Part shown: positions 24,716 to 36,572 of the stretch, one piece after another
Numbering within the stretch: position 1 is the stretch's first letter
How the letters are laid out: each line of letters opens with the position of its first letter
Assembly (NCBI RefSeq): GCF_006345805.1
Contig: NC_043000.1
Location: forward strand, 114,948,001-115,012,000
Source of the DNA: Octopus sinensis
Taxonomy: Eukaryota
Reading direction: 5' to 3'
Length of the DNA: 64,000 bases
Made by a program: the position numbers and the translations under genes
The notes under the pieces: generated by a model
Seen by the model: the letters and a program-made list of their open reading frames with translations, nothing else
Told to the model about the DNA's origin: nothing
Databases searched by the model: none

Positions 24716-26156
24716 AAAGGTTCTAAAAACGTTGTTTAGGCCTGTATATTCACTTGGCCAAATCTATCACTGTCAAGTCTTCCCTATTTCTCATCTTCTG
24801 AACAGCTATTCCTCCATCACTCTATTAATTACAGCACTATTCAGCTACTGTAATATTATAAGAGCAAAATTTGAACCCATTCCATCCTCTTTCTGTTACT
24901 TCCTCTCCTCCCACTGGAACCACTTCCTTTAAAAATCCCTTCCTTCATTCTTAATATTATCTGGGTCTTAATTTATTTCCACCCATCACCTCCTTTCTCT
25001 ACCTATAGTTATCTTTCCATTTCCTCTGAGCAACATGTTAGGACTACCATGCCTCATCTTTAACACTCTTGTATCTTCTATCAATCTCAACACCCTCTCA
25101 TACCTACTTTTAGCAGCCCCTCAACAACCGTCACCACCACCACATTTGTTCACCTGTCTCCCTGTTCCCCACCTCCAGTCATTCCAGCCACCCCTATGTT
25201 CCTCTTACCTCCATCTCTGTCCCTGTACATCTTCCCCTTCTCATCTCACCCTCCCTGTATGTCATTTCTCTATTTCCTGATCTACCAACAGGTCTATTAA
25301 TACTGCTGCTTTTCACACTTCCTATATTTCCACTTAACTACTCCCTCCTGAACCATTCCTATTTCCCCTGCACCTCCTCCCACCTCCCCTTACTGATATT
25401 ATCCTTCAACCACATCTCCACTCTTCTTCACCATTCTCTACATTCACCTCTTCACCCCCCCCCCACCGTTTCTCACCATTTGTCAGTCTTTTCTCACACT
25501 CTTATGAGGCGACCCACCCTCTCTCTTTACCCCTCATCTGCTGTCCTTATACTTTCATTATTCCTTTTTATTCCTTCCTTATTTCTTGTACTTTAGTTTG
25601 TGCGAATGGACGAAATGAGGAAAGCTTTGGTGGTTAGAGGTGCTAGAGTGAGAGAGGCAAGAGAGTTTATGAATGATAGGAAAGCTTGGAGAGTGTTTCT
25701 GGGTGGATGAGTGAATTTGATGTTGCTCAAAGGGGTATGGAACCAGCATGATGTGGTGGGGGTAAACTATCATATGCTGTTGGGCCCTGCTGCTGATATG
25801 GGGGGGGGTGCATTCTATGCCTTGATCCAAGCATAGAACGGGGCTCGCCCCTTTGAGCTGGGAAATGAATGGAATGCCTGGTGTGTGTCTTGTTGTGGCT
25901 ACCCACGCCTAAAACATGGGGAATAGGCCTGGGTATATATATATATAAAGGGGTTTGTATGATTGTGTATAGAGGGATATATATTATTCAAAGGAATTCC
26001 AACTCTGTCTGTTTTTTATGTTTTATTTATATTCTTTATAATATTAATGTAGAATATAGAATATATAGTATAAATAGTATATATATAGTAAAATGAAATG
26101 AAGTATTGATTGTCTTATTGAATAGATGAAATAGTGAATACCAAATATTAAGGGAC

Positions 26157-26258
26157 ACGCTTGGCCACCACAAGCCAGTTATCACTGTGGTAACTTTTCT
26201 GACACCCCGGCGGACGCATAGCTCGCCGCTGTTCAGAAAGTATCGATGGGCCACACCC
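26157..26258 (-). pseudogene. 28S rRNA-derived fragment (peptidyl-transferase region)
   Basis: Minus strand GGTGTCAGAAAAGTTACCACAGTGATAACTGGCTTGTGGTGGCCAAGCGT matches the conserved eukaryotic 28S segment ...CACAGGGATAACTGGCTTGTGGCGGCCAAGCGT with about 2 changes. Confidence 0.8.
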
Positions 26259-27679
26259 ATTGATCCTATATATATTTCTTGTACCTTGAGAGTTCCCTCT
26301 GACACATCATTAACACCACCTTTGCCTTCCTTCTAGCTACTCCTACAATTATACAATGCAGGGTGGCTATGTATCGCTACGATAGCAAGACCCCTGTGCT
26401 TGTCTCTCTGCCATACTTTAGTATGTATGAGGACAATCCATCTGAGCACGGGGAAGCAGAAATAACCTTGGCTAGTGTCAGGGCATGTAGTAAAACCACT
26501 GGGAGTGAAGGACCCCCTACCTATTGTCACAACATCCTTCCAAGAGTGGGTCACTCTGATACATACATGCATTCATACATAGACATACATGCATTTTCAT
26601 ACTTACAGATACAATGTGATCAATAAATTAATAATTCCTTTTCCTCGTTACAAGTGTAATTTTAATTAATGAAAGTGCCTTGCACTATATAAACTATGTT
26701 AAAACAACCCTTGCCATATATATATATGTATGTACTGTTTATCTCTTCTGACGCCATTCACAGGCTGCTTATACATTCAATATATACTGATATGTTTGTG
26801 GATGAATAAATTGAATTAATTTATTCATTTATTTTATTACCTAAAAATAGATTTTATTCATTTATCTAAACTAACACTGACCCATATACAAAAGTAAGCT
26901 ATATTTTCATATCTCTATGTATTCAAGTTAATTTGTCAGCTGTTTAAAATATGACAAAAATTTAACCTTGCACCTTCATTAAACTTTAGTCACACAGTTT
27001 TAGTTTCTCTTAACAAAGTATAAATTTTTATTATAAATTTCTTTTCGTGTGAGTAAGAGATAAAATGCTGTGATATTCATGCCTTTACCATCATTTTTAA
27101 TCTCTCTGGGTAATCTCACATTGTCAGCATAGCACATGGCAAAACCTGCATCGCAAAGTCTGGCTTTTGTCTTTGAATCCAGAAATTATACTGAACCTAA
27201 TTGTGGCTAACCCTCTACAAAGCTCTGGTGAAACTCACAGTGGAATACGACTCCCATATCTGGGACAGTATCTCCATTATACAGACATACACCTTCCTCC
27301 CACAATGGTGTACTGTTCCCATTTATGTGTCAGTCGCTGTTATACAGTGCCCATGGCTTTTGAAAACATTTTTTCACACTCAGATTTGCCAAAGCATGGA
27401 TAGCTTGCTTACCAACCACATGGTTCCAGGTTCGGTCCCACTGCATGGTACCTTGGGCAAGTTTCTTCTACTATTGCTTTGGGCCAACCAAAGCCTTGTG
27501 AGTGGATTTGGTAGACAGAAACTGAAAGAAGTCCATCATATATATTATATCTATTATATAAAATCCACAGTGGCACTGAACCCAGAACCATGCGGTTCGT
27601 AAGCAAGCTACTTACCACACAGTTACTCCTACACCTTTATTGGATATTTACTATAAATAATGTCTTGTGTTTGTGGATT

Positions 27680-27830
27680 GTTTTATTTGGGTTGTATTAT
27701 TGAATTGATGGCGTCTTGCATAGGATATGGGCTGTGCTTAGCAGGGCTATTTTTCGGATAGTGTATAGTGTTGAGGGTCCAGGTATAATTTCCACGTTTA
27801 TGTAGACACTGCAGTTGTTGCACGCATATT
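27680..27830 (-). mobile_element. RLE-type (R4/Dong-like) non-LTR C-terminal fragment
   Basis: IRKIALLSTAHILCKT resembles the QK.ALLGTAHILR C-terminus. Confidence 0.45.
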
Positions 27831-28164
27831 TTAGAGCACAGATTTACTGCTTGCTTTCTTTCTTTTTCTCTGCTTTTCAATCTCTGCAAAAATAGCCTCT
27901 TTCCCCTTAGAACTTGGGTCTTCCTAATTCATGTCTCCTGCCCCATTCTAGGATGGTAGTATATAATTTAATGGAACCTGGTTATTTACAATAGGCCAGA
28001 TCACCACATAGAGCAATGATTCTCAGCCAGGGTCCACATGGCCTTTGAGGTTCCATACAAGATTTTGTTGTTAAAATTAATCTGAAATATATTGGTTATA
28101 CTTTTCCAATACACAAAATATTTTAACAATTTCTTTTACGACATTCATAATAATATTTAATGAT

Positions 28165-28755
28165 GAAAATATGTAGTTTTGTCTATCGATGCAACGAAGA
28201 CCATCTAGTCATCCTGGGGTGGGGGTGGTATTGTTTTGTGAGTCTGCAGATGGCTAGTGAGGCCAATCTGCGCCCGAAAGAGTCTTTGACAGTCTGGACA
28301 GGGAATGGTAGCACCTGCTACAGGGTTGTTAGCTCTGTTCTTCCTGGCTTGTCTGCGGTCTTCTGCAGCAGCGATCCTATTGGTCTCACATGTGTTGGCA
28401 CCCTTGTGGACAGCTGATTGCCACCCTTCTCTGTCTAGAGCAGACTGCTCCCAAGTGTCATGGTCAATGTTGAAGTCAATGTTGAAGGCTTTCAGTGTGT
28501 CCTTAAAGCGCTTCCTCTAGCTGCCTTGTGAGCACTTTCCCTTTTGCAGCTCGCCAAAGAGCAATCTTTTTGGTAATCAATTATCTGACATGCAAACTAC
28601 ATGCCCTGCCCAGCAAAGCTGAGACTGCATCAAGATGGTATGGATGCTGGGCAGGTTAGCACATATTAGTACCTCAGTGTCCAGGATCCTGTCCTGCCAC
28701 TTTATGCCGAGAAGTTTTCTGAGGTGTATTGTATGAAAGTGGTTCAGCTTCCTAG
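28165..28755 (-). mobile_element. RTE-BovB-like LINE 3' end
   Basis: LRKLLGIKWQDRI...LPKRLLFGELQKG...KRFKDTLK...CPDCQRLFRAQIGLTSHLQTH (C2H2-like end). Confidence 0.85.
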
Positions 28756-29030
28756 TAGATGAAAATATAATAGAATTTTGTTAAACATTGAATGGCTATG
28801 AGGGTCCACCCAAGTTAAATAAGAATCAATGGGATCCATAGGTAAAAACAATGGTTGAAAATCACTGAAAGGGTCTCCCTGCTTCATCCCTGCTCATAAT
28901 TTCATTTCATCCACCAACAAGTAGATCAATAATGTTAATCTTGACAGTTTCAAAGGGTTTGTAAAGATCCATGAGGATGGTTACTTTGACCAGTTCTTGT
29001 TGAATAAATGAAGAGGATTTAACATATCTA

Positions 29031-29529
29031 CCGTATAGGCCGCCCTTGCGTATAATATGCAGGAGATTTTTAGGGGGCTGTACCTCTGAAAAACCTAAAC
29101 CTTGTGTATAATACGCACCCCTTCTCTAATTTGAGTCAAGGAGGTCTATATAACTTCCTTGGTTTGTAAAAATGTATACGGTAATGTCCTTTATTATTAT
29201 TGTATATATAACATAATGCAAACATGTAGCTTTTTTGTGCATTTTGTTTGCAGAAAATAAAGGAATAACAGTAATAACGTTTAATAAATGTTGCTTACTG
29301 CAAGTTATGGATGATTCTTTTATGACTTCATTGCTTTCAAGCTTAGCTTAAGGTATTTTCATGCCTGACATCATAAAATGCGCCTGAATAAACATAGCCA
29401 GTCAGCAAATAGAGACTCGGACATTGCTTAGAAAATAATTTCATTTTTAACCTCGTATATAGTACACACTAGGGATTTTGACCTTTAAATTTTGGGAACA
29501 AAATGCGGATTATACTCGAGGATTTCCGG
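29031..29529. mobile_element. pogo-like MITE (TACCGTA-type ends)
   Basis: TA-CCGTA... / ...TTCCGG-TA ends with GCGTATAATATGCA / TGCGGATTATACTCG subterminal inverted motifs. Confidence 0.5.
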
Positions 29530-30117
29530 TATTCACGCTTAATATGTTCTGGAAGATAAGGCAGCAGCAGTGGAGCTAGCAGAATTGTTAGCATGCCAAG
29601 CAGAATTCCTAGCTGTATTTCGTCTGTCTTTACATTCTGAGTTCAGATGCTGTCAGGATCGACGTTGCCTTTCATCCTTTTGAGGTCGATAAAATAAGAG
29701 CCTGTTGAGTACTGGGGTTGATGCAATCAACTTAGCCCCTACCCTCCAAATTGCTGGCCTTGTGCCAAAATTTGAACCCAATATGTTATGGTAGATTTGA
29801 ATGTGAATATTTTATTGCTAATGTTTAAGATCACTGGAAAACACTTCCTCCCTTTAAGCATTGTGTTTTCATGACACATGTTGTTCAATGATTCACTGGT
29901 GTACGAGGGTGTTTTGACCTCATTGCATGTCTCCTCAGTCAAAGCTACCCCATGACCAAATTGACAAATCTGACAAGAGTACAAACTCTTGTTTTTCGAA
30001 ATCAGCAAACAAACTATTTGTTAATGCTTGCAGATGTCTGCCAAACAGATAATTTATAGCTTGTTTGTTGGGTAACTTCAACTGAGGAGACACACAATAT
30101 TTCATTCTTTAGAAGGA

Positions 30118-30425
30118 ACAGTTGTTTTTCCTTCTCAATCCATGCCTGGCACATAAGGGTTGGTTTCCCAGTTTCCTTGGCGTATAGGTTCCCCAAATGG
30201 ACGGGACGCCGGTCCAACACAGGTGAGCTGCAAGATGCAGGAGGAAAGAGTGAGAGAAAGTTGTGGCGAAAGAGTCAACAGAAGTTCGCCATTACCTTCT
30301 GCCGGAGCCATGTGGAGCTTAGGTGTTCTGCTCATAAACACACACACCGCCCGGTCTGAGATTCGAATCCGCGATCCCTCAAGTGTGAGTCCGCTGCTCT
30401 AACTACTTGGCCATGTACCTCTACT
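30118..30425 (-). mobile_element. tRNA-head SINE family D (long copy)
   Basis: A-box TGGCCAAGTAGTTAG and B-box GGATTCGAATC on the minus strand. Confidence 0.7.
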
Positions 30426-30614
30426 CATACAATGAGGTCAAAACACTGGTTCAGGCAAGTCCCTTTAGACTAGATTCACATGTGTTATGAACATATGTCA
30501 CCTAAAGGGTGGTGAAAAACAACAGTGATCAGATATTCATGTTTGAACCTGCCAGAATGTATTAAGAATGGATAAATACAGTATTCTTTGGATTTTCACA
30601 ATTCTGCTTCACCC

Positions 30615-31012
30615 CATCATCATCATTTAGCGTCCACTTTCCAAGCTAGCATGGGTTGGACAATTTGACTGAGGTGTGGAGAACCAGACTCCAATCTGAT
30701 CTAGTAAAATTTCTACAGCTGGATGCCCTTCCTAACGCCAACCACTCCGAGAGTGTAGTGGGTGCTTTTACATGCCACCAGCATGACGGCCAGTTTGGTG
30801 GTACTGGCAACGGCCATGCCCAAATGGTGCTTTTTACATGCCACCTGCACAGGAGCCAGTCCAGCAGCACTGGCGACGACCTCACTCGAATGTTTCACGT
30901 GCCACCAGAACAAGTGCTAGTAAGGTGACGCAGTAACGATCACGCTCGAATGGCGTGTTTAATGTGCCATCGGCACGAAAGCCAGCTTGTTGCTCTGGCA
31001 ACGATCTCACTC
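30615..31012 (-). mobile_element. GGAAGGGCATCC-family SINE/RTE tail
   Basis: Reverse-complement family match; near-twin of 58915-59369 (+). Confidence 0.8.
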
Positions 31013-32114
31013 ATAAATGGAATCGAAAATTTTAAACCAAGTCAACTAATTAGTCATTAGTGTCTTCTACAATACTCTGATCAATTTTAATGCATTGATT
31101 TAGTGGTTTGTTTGCATTAAATATGTTAACACACAGTTGACTACCATTTTTTATTGGGAATAGCCTCCTTGAGTTGTATATTCTCTAAAGAATTTTATTT
31201 ATCTTTGCCAGCTAATTTCTTGATAACTATAGTAAAGGTAATGGCTCTGCTGATGAGATCAGAATAAAACCAAAACATATTCTAAGCTATCTCTAATATA
31301 TGCCTGGAAAATTAGAAATAATATTAGTCACTGACTAAAAATTGTTTGTTACATTTTGTTTTTTATCTTTTGCCACATACTTAATTAATTTCAATTTAGA
31401 TTATTAATGCTTCATGCGTTTAAACATGTTAATACTAACTTACTTATCTGTATATCTCATGACTTATTTATTTTTAGTTAACCTTTTAATACTTTTTGCA
31501 TTAATAAATTAACACTAACTTACCTCTGTCTATTTAATTATTTACCTGGCTTGCAACATACTTATTTCTAGCTATTTGTTAAGCATCACACAGGCCTGAA
31601 GGCAAGTTAACCACTGAAACAGCAAAAGTTGCTCATGTGAGAAGAGGATGGAGCTGTGATGCTTGGGGTAGGGCTAGCTGGATGCAACCTGGGGCTTAAT
31701 CAAACTCAGCTTAAGTCATCAGAGTGAAGGTAACTAATTGTTGAAATATTCAAAACAATGAGATGCATATATATATATATATAATAAATAATATTAGGGT
31801 AATAAGAATTATAGAAATTATTATTACCAGTGGCCTAGCACAAAAAGAAATAGTCAATAGACTATATATTATTCTCATAAAAAATTGTGTACATTAGAAC
31901 GCATTAAGAGGCTTCCAAATAGGAAAGCCATGTGCTAGAAAGAGCAGTAGAAAACTGCTCTTAGATGGTAAATGTTTTTAATTTTCAATCCTTTCAAGAA
32001 TTTATCCATAATTAGTGGTTTGAGTTTTCTACTACGCTTTCTAGCACAAGGCTTTCCTATTTGGAAGCCTCTTAATGTGTTCTAATGTACACGATATTTT
32101 TATGAGAATTATAT

Positions 32115-32154
<40 letters not shown>

Positions 32155-33020
32155 TTAAAAAAAGGAGATGTCGAACACGAGTGGTGATATATAAAAAAGG
32201 AAATGAAGAAAATGCTGACAAATAATTGAAGTAATTTAAGTAATTTAATTAGGTGAAAGTTCTTTTTACCGGTTGCGCATTTGTTATGCTTATCAAAATA
32301 TAAAAGAGAGATTAGAGTCTGTCTCTTATATGTGAAAAAAAGAGGCTCCAGAGTTGTTTTGGATTTGCTTGGTTTCGCGCCTAAAATTTTGATTGGTCAT
32401 TATGAAGGGGTCACGTGAATGTTTGAATGGAAGTTGGTGTTGGGGTAAAAAAAAGGCTCCAGAGAAGTTAAAATTTGGCTAGTGTCCCGCCTAAAATTTC
32501 TTATTGGCCATAATAAAGAGGTCATGTGAATGTTTAGAATTTTCGAAAATAGTGTTGTTGAAAATTCTTATTGTTCAGGCTGGTCAGTAGACGTCATGTG
32601 GATATTTTAAATAGCTTTTTAGCGCGTAGTTAGGGAGTGTATTTTCCGCTTGACTGGATAAGTAAGTTCGTTTAGAACAGGGAGAGCTGTATGTATGTAT
32701 GTATGTGTGTGCGCGCGTGCGCGTGTGTGTGTGTTTATATGTATGTTGGGGCGCGCGCGCGTGTATATATGTGTATGTGTGTGGGTACAATTTTCAATAT
32801 TTATAGTTCTGCTGGCCTTGTGCCTGTATCGGGAAGCAACGTATTTGTGTGAAGTCAATATTTACAGCCATTTCCAAAAAATAGTGTTGGATGTTTTGCA
32901 CCCGTATTCAATTATGTGTATGTGTGGAACCATATATTTGTGTGTGTCATGGTGTTAATATCTGGGTAAAGGTGTGTGTAGGATGTGTGCAGGTGTAAGT
33001 GTGTTTGTTGTGGGTTCGTG

Positions 33021-33454
33021 TTAGGGGCATGTGTTTAGAAGTGGTCTGTATTTATTAATAAGGTGGGATTCCATGGTTATTCGCTGGGTATGAGTGGCAT
33101 TGTCTTTAAATTTGTAGAGGGGAAAGATTCTAAAATTGGGATGGAGTTGTGCGGCACAGGTATCAATATGTGCACTAAATGCTATTTTTCTATATTCCTG
33201 TATTTTTATTTGGGATCTATGGACAGTCATGCGTTGGCGGAGGCTATTTTTTGTTTGGCCTATGTAGTGTTCATTACAGCCCGAGCAAGTTAAGACATAT
33301 ACTAGGTTTTCTGATGCGCATGTGAAGTTGTGTTTTACTGTGAAACGTTGTCCTTGTTTAAAAAGGAATTCCGGACCTTCTATTAGGTTGATGCATATAC
33401 CACAGTTGGGTCTATTGCATTTGTTTACTGTGGGTTTAGTTGTTGTGGTTGGCA
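33021..33454 (-). CDS. GIY-YIG endonuclease C-terminus of the PLE (inverted arm, uninterrupted, no native start)
   Basis: CNRPNCGIC...FTCASENLVYVLTCSGCNEHYIGQT...RMTVHRSQI...MESHLINKYRPLLN*. Confidence 0.85.
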
Positions 33455-35104
33455 CCACCAACCCCCCCACGTCCAAACTACTACGAAATGAAGGAAGACA
33501 TTACAGAATTTTGTAGAAAATTGCGACTTAGTGAGGAACTATTCGACCAGCACAATGAGGATGAGTCACTAGCTAGAAATAAAAGCAACTACACCCCACG
33601 AAAAGGTAGAAATAAAATCCTAGACGAATTCTGTGAGCACATTACAAACTTCCCCTACCAACACTTACACAAACCAAAACCCAAACCAAACCTCAACAAG
33701 AAAGAGTGGGAAGAATTAAACAAATTAAAAAATGAAAGATCTATCACCATTAAAGAGGCCGATAAAGGAAGTGCAGTAGTCTTAATGGAGACAGAATACT
33801 ATATCAACTTAGCACTCTCCACCTTGGAAAATGGAACATATTACGAAAAGGCTGAACACTACAATCAACAGAAAATTATGAGAAACTTAAAAACCCTGAT
33901 CAACCCCCACAAAGAAGAACTCACTAACAAAGAATTCAACTTCATCACAAATTTCACTAGTAAAACCAGCCTCTTCTACGGTATTCCCAAAATTCATAAA
34001 AGCGAATTAATAAGTAAGGCATGCAAGGAAGCCACAAACTCTGTAATCAATGTCCCCTCACCAAATGACCTCAAATTGAGACCTATAATAGCAGGTCCCG
34101 CTTGCGAAACCCACCGCCTTAGCAACTTCATTGATACCCTTCTCAAGCCGTTCCTCAAACACATTAAAAGCTACATAAGGGACGATCTAGATATGCTCAA
34201 CCACCTCCCCAATACACTTCTTGCTGAACAAACCCTGCTAGTAACATTCGATGTAGTCAATCTTTACTCCAACATCCCCCACAACCTAGGAATAGAAGCT
34301 ATCCAATTCTGGCTGGATAATTACTCCAACGAACTCCCACACCGCATCAAAAAGGAATTTATTTTAGAAGGACTCAAATTCATCTTAGAGAATAATTTCT
34401 TCACCTTCAACAACAAATTCTACAGACAGAAATCAGGGACGGCAATGGGAACGAAAACAGCTCCCACTTACGCCAACTTAGTCATGGGATACCTGGAAAT
34501 CACCCTCTATAATAACGTTCTTAACCAATTTGGCACCACTCTCCACACACACATAGAGAAGAACTGGAAGAGATATCTTGATGACTGCTTCATCCTTTGG
34601 CCCGAAACTGTCGAGAAGCTTAACGAATTTCACACTCTTATAAATGGGCTCAACACAAACATTATTTTCACAATGGAATACAGCCCTCAACAAATTCCCT
34701 TCCTTGACATCCTCATTAAAATTCACAACAAAAAAATAGAAACAGACATATACTACAAGCCCACAGACTCCAAGCAATACCTCCCTTTCAATTCATGCCA
34801 CCCTAGACACGTTAAAATTAACATTCCCTACAACTTAGCCAAGAGAATTTGCACTATAGTCTCCAATAAAAACACCCGTCTCTTACGTCTACAAGAACTC
34901 AAGGGCACATTAACAAGCAGGGATTACCCCACGTCACTAATTGACAATGGGATCCAACGCGCCCTAAAACTCAGCACGCAGGAACTTAGACGCCCTAAAC
35001 CTGTTACATCGAAACCCCATACTCTACCATACATCTCTACACACAACCCCCTCAACAATGAAGCTTTTGACACCATCCTCCAGAACAAAAGGACCATAGA
35101 ATGA
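33455..35104 (+). CDS. Penelope-like reverse transcriptase (5'-truncated)
   Basis: EADKGSAVV, FYGIPKIHK, RPIIAGP, FDVVNLYSNIP, GTAMGTKTAPTYANL, RYLDDCF, FLDI, SCHP. The first residues of the 33440 ORF call come from the inverted arm. Confidence 0.92.
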   Translation, partial: PPTPPRPNYYEMKEDITEFCRKLRLSEELFDQHNEDESLARNKSNYTPRKGRNKILDEFCEHITNFPYQHLHKPKPKPNLNKKEWEELNKLKNERSITIKEADKGSAVVLMETEYYINLALSTLENGTYYEKAEHYNQQKIMRNLKTLINPHKEELTNKEFNFITNFTSKTSLFYGIPKIHKSELISKACKEATNSVINVPSPNDLKLRPIIAGPACETHRLSNFIDTLLKPFLKHIKSYIRDDLDMLNHLPNTLLAEQTLLVTFDVVNLYSNIPHNLGIEAIQFWLDNYSNELPHRIKKEFILEGLKFILENNFFTFNNKFYRQKSGTAMGTKTAPTYANLVMGYLEITLYNNVLNQFGTTLHTHIEKNWKRYLDDCFILWPETVEKLNEFHTLINGLNTNIIFTMEYSPQQIPFLDILIKIHNKKIETDIYYKPTDSKQYLPFNSCHPRHVKINIPYNLAKRICTIVSNKNTRLLRLQELKGTLTSRDYPTSLIDNGIQRALKLSTQELRRPKPVTSKPHTLPYISTHNPLNNEAFDTILQNKRTIE

Positions 35105-35620
35105 ACCAAATCCTCCTAACACACGAAATCATAAAGAGCAAAAGGCAACCCAAATCATTGAAAACCATCCTAACAAATGCCAAAGTACTGCCAACCACAA
35201 CAACTAAACCCACAGTAAACAAATGCAATAGACCCAACTGTGGTATATGCATCAACCTAATAGAAGGTCCGGAATTCCTTTTTAAACAAGGACAACGTTT
35301 CACAGTAAAACACAACTTCACATGCGCATCAGAAAACCTAGTATATGTCTTAACTTGCTCGGGCTGTAATGAACACTACATAGGCCAAACAAAAAATAGC
35401 CTCCGCCAACGCATGACTGTCCATAGATCCCAAATAAAAATACAGGAATATAGAAAATAGCATTTAGTGCACATATTGATACCTGTGCCGCACAACTCCA
35501 TCCAATTTTAGAATCTTTCCCCTCTACAAATTTAAAGACAATGCCACTCATACCCAGCGAATAACCATGGAATCCCACCTTATTAATAAATACAGACCAC
35601 TTCTAAACACATGCCCCTAA
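35101..35620 (+). pseudogene. PLE linker + GIY-YIG domain with two 1-nt deletions
   Basis: KRQPKSLKTILT...VYVLTC..C..HYIGQT; A5 to A4 near 35457 and C3 to C2 near 35503 relative to the left arm. Confidence 0.85.
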
Positions 35621-36089
35621 CACGAACCCACAACAAACACACTTACACCTGCACACACCCTACACACACCTTTACCCAGATATTAACACCATGACACACA
35701 CAAATATATGGTTCCACACATACACATAATTGAATACGGGTGCAAAACATCCAACACTATTTTTTGGAAATGGCTGTAAATATTGACTTCACACAAATAC
35801 GTTGCTTCCCGATACAGGCACAAGGCCAGCAGAACTATAAATATTGAAAATTGTACCCACACACATACACATATATACACGCGCGCGCGCCCCAACATAC
35901 ATATAAACACACACACACGCGCACGCGCGCACACACATACATACATACAGCTCTCCCTGTTCTAAACGAACTTACTTATCCAGTCAAGCGGAAAATACAC
36001 TCCCTAACTATGAGCTAAAAAGCTATTTAAAATATCCACATGACGTCTACTGACCAGCCTGAACAATAAGAATTTTCAACAACACTATT

Positions 36090-36315
36090 TTCGAAAATTC
36101 TAAACATTCACGTGATCTCTTTATTATGGCCAATAAGAAATTTTAGGCGGGACACTAGCCAAATTTTAACTTCTCTGGAGCCTTTTTTCTTACCCCAACA
36201 CCAACTTCCATTCAAACATTCACGTGACCCCTTCATAATGACCAATCAAAATTTTAGGCGCGAAACCAAGCAAATCCAAAACAACTCTGGAGCCTCTTTT
36301 TTTCACATATAAGAG
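36090..36315 (+). promoter_or_regulatory. Duplicated ~112-bp CACGTG-CCAAT-GC/E2F-like module in the PLE 3' region (mirrored at 32325-32550)
   Basis: CACGTG at 36109 and 36221, CCAAT at 36130 and 36242, GGCGGG at 36146, GGCGCGAAA at 36257, TATAAG near 36308; function is inferred only. Confidence 0.4.
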
Positions 36316-36437
36316 ACAGACTCTAATCTCTCTTTTATATTTTGATAAGCATAACAAATGCGCAACCGGTAAAAAGAACTTTCACCTAATTAAATTACTT
36401 AAATTACTTCAATTATTTGTCAGCATTTTCTTCATTT

Positions 36438-36476
<39 letters not shown>

Positions 36477-36539
36477 TACTAATGTTACTTGGTATCATTG
36501 ATTTGAATATTTTTACAATTGGTTAATCGCCATCACACC

Positions 36540-36572
<33 letters not shown>

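Larger units (their letters stand above)
32157..36451 (+). mobile_element. Penelope-like retroelement (Neptune-like), 5'-truncated, with an inverted 3' copy joined head-to-head
   Basis: RT + GIY-YIG coding; arm 32187-33454 is the reverse complement of 35189-36451 at about 99% identity; both ends abut (TA)n. Confidence 0.95.

Noticed and set aside
26363-26626. Candidate upstream Cobl exon (VLVSLP)
   Set aside because: Similarity is trivial and no phase-2 donor or credible acceptor was found.
31240-31290. CTGATGA...AAAACATATT possible hammerhead
   Set aside because: GAAA is absent and stems II and III are too degenerate to support.
33440-33454. TTG start of the 554-aa ORF
   Set aside because: It lies in the inverted arm; the element is 5'-truncated and the start is an artefact of the junction.
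35620-36451. Hammerhead in the 3' region of the large PLE
   Set aside because: No CUGANGA...GAAA arrangement with closing stems was found by eye.
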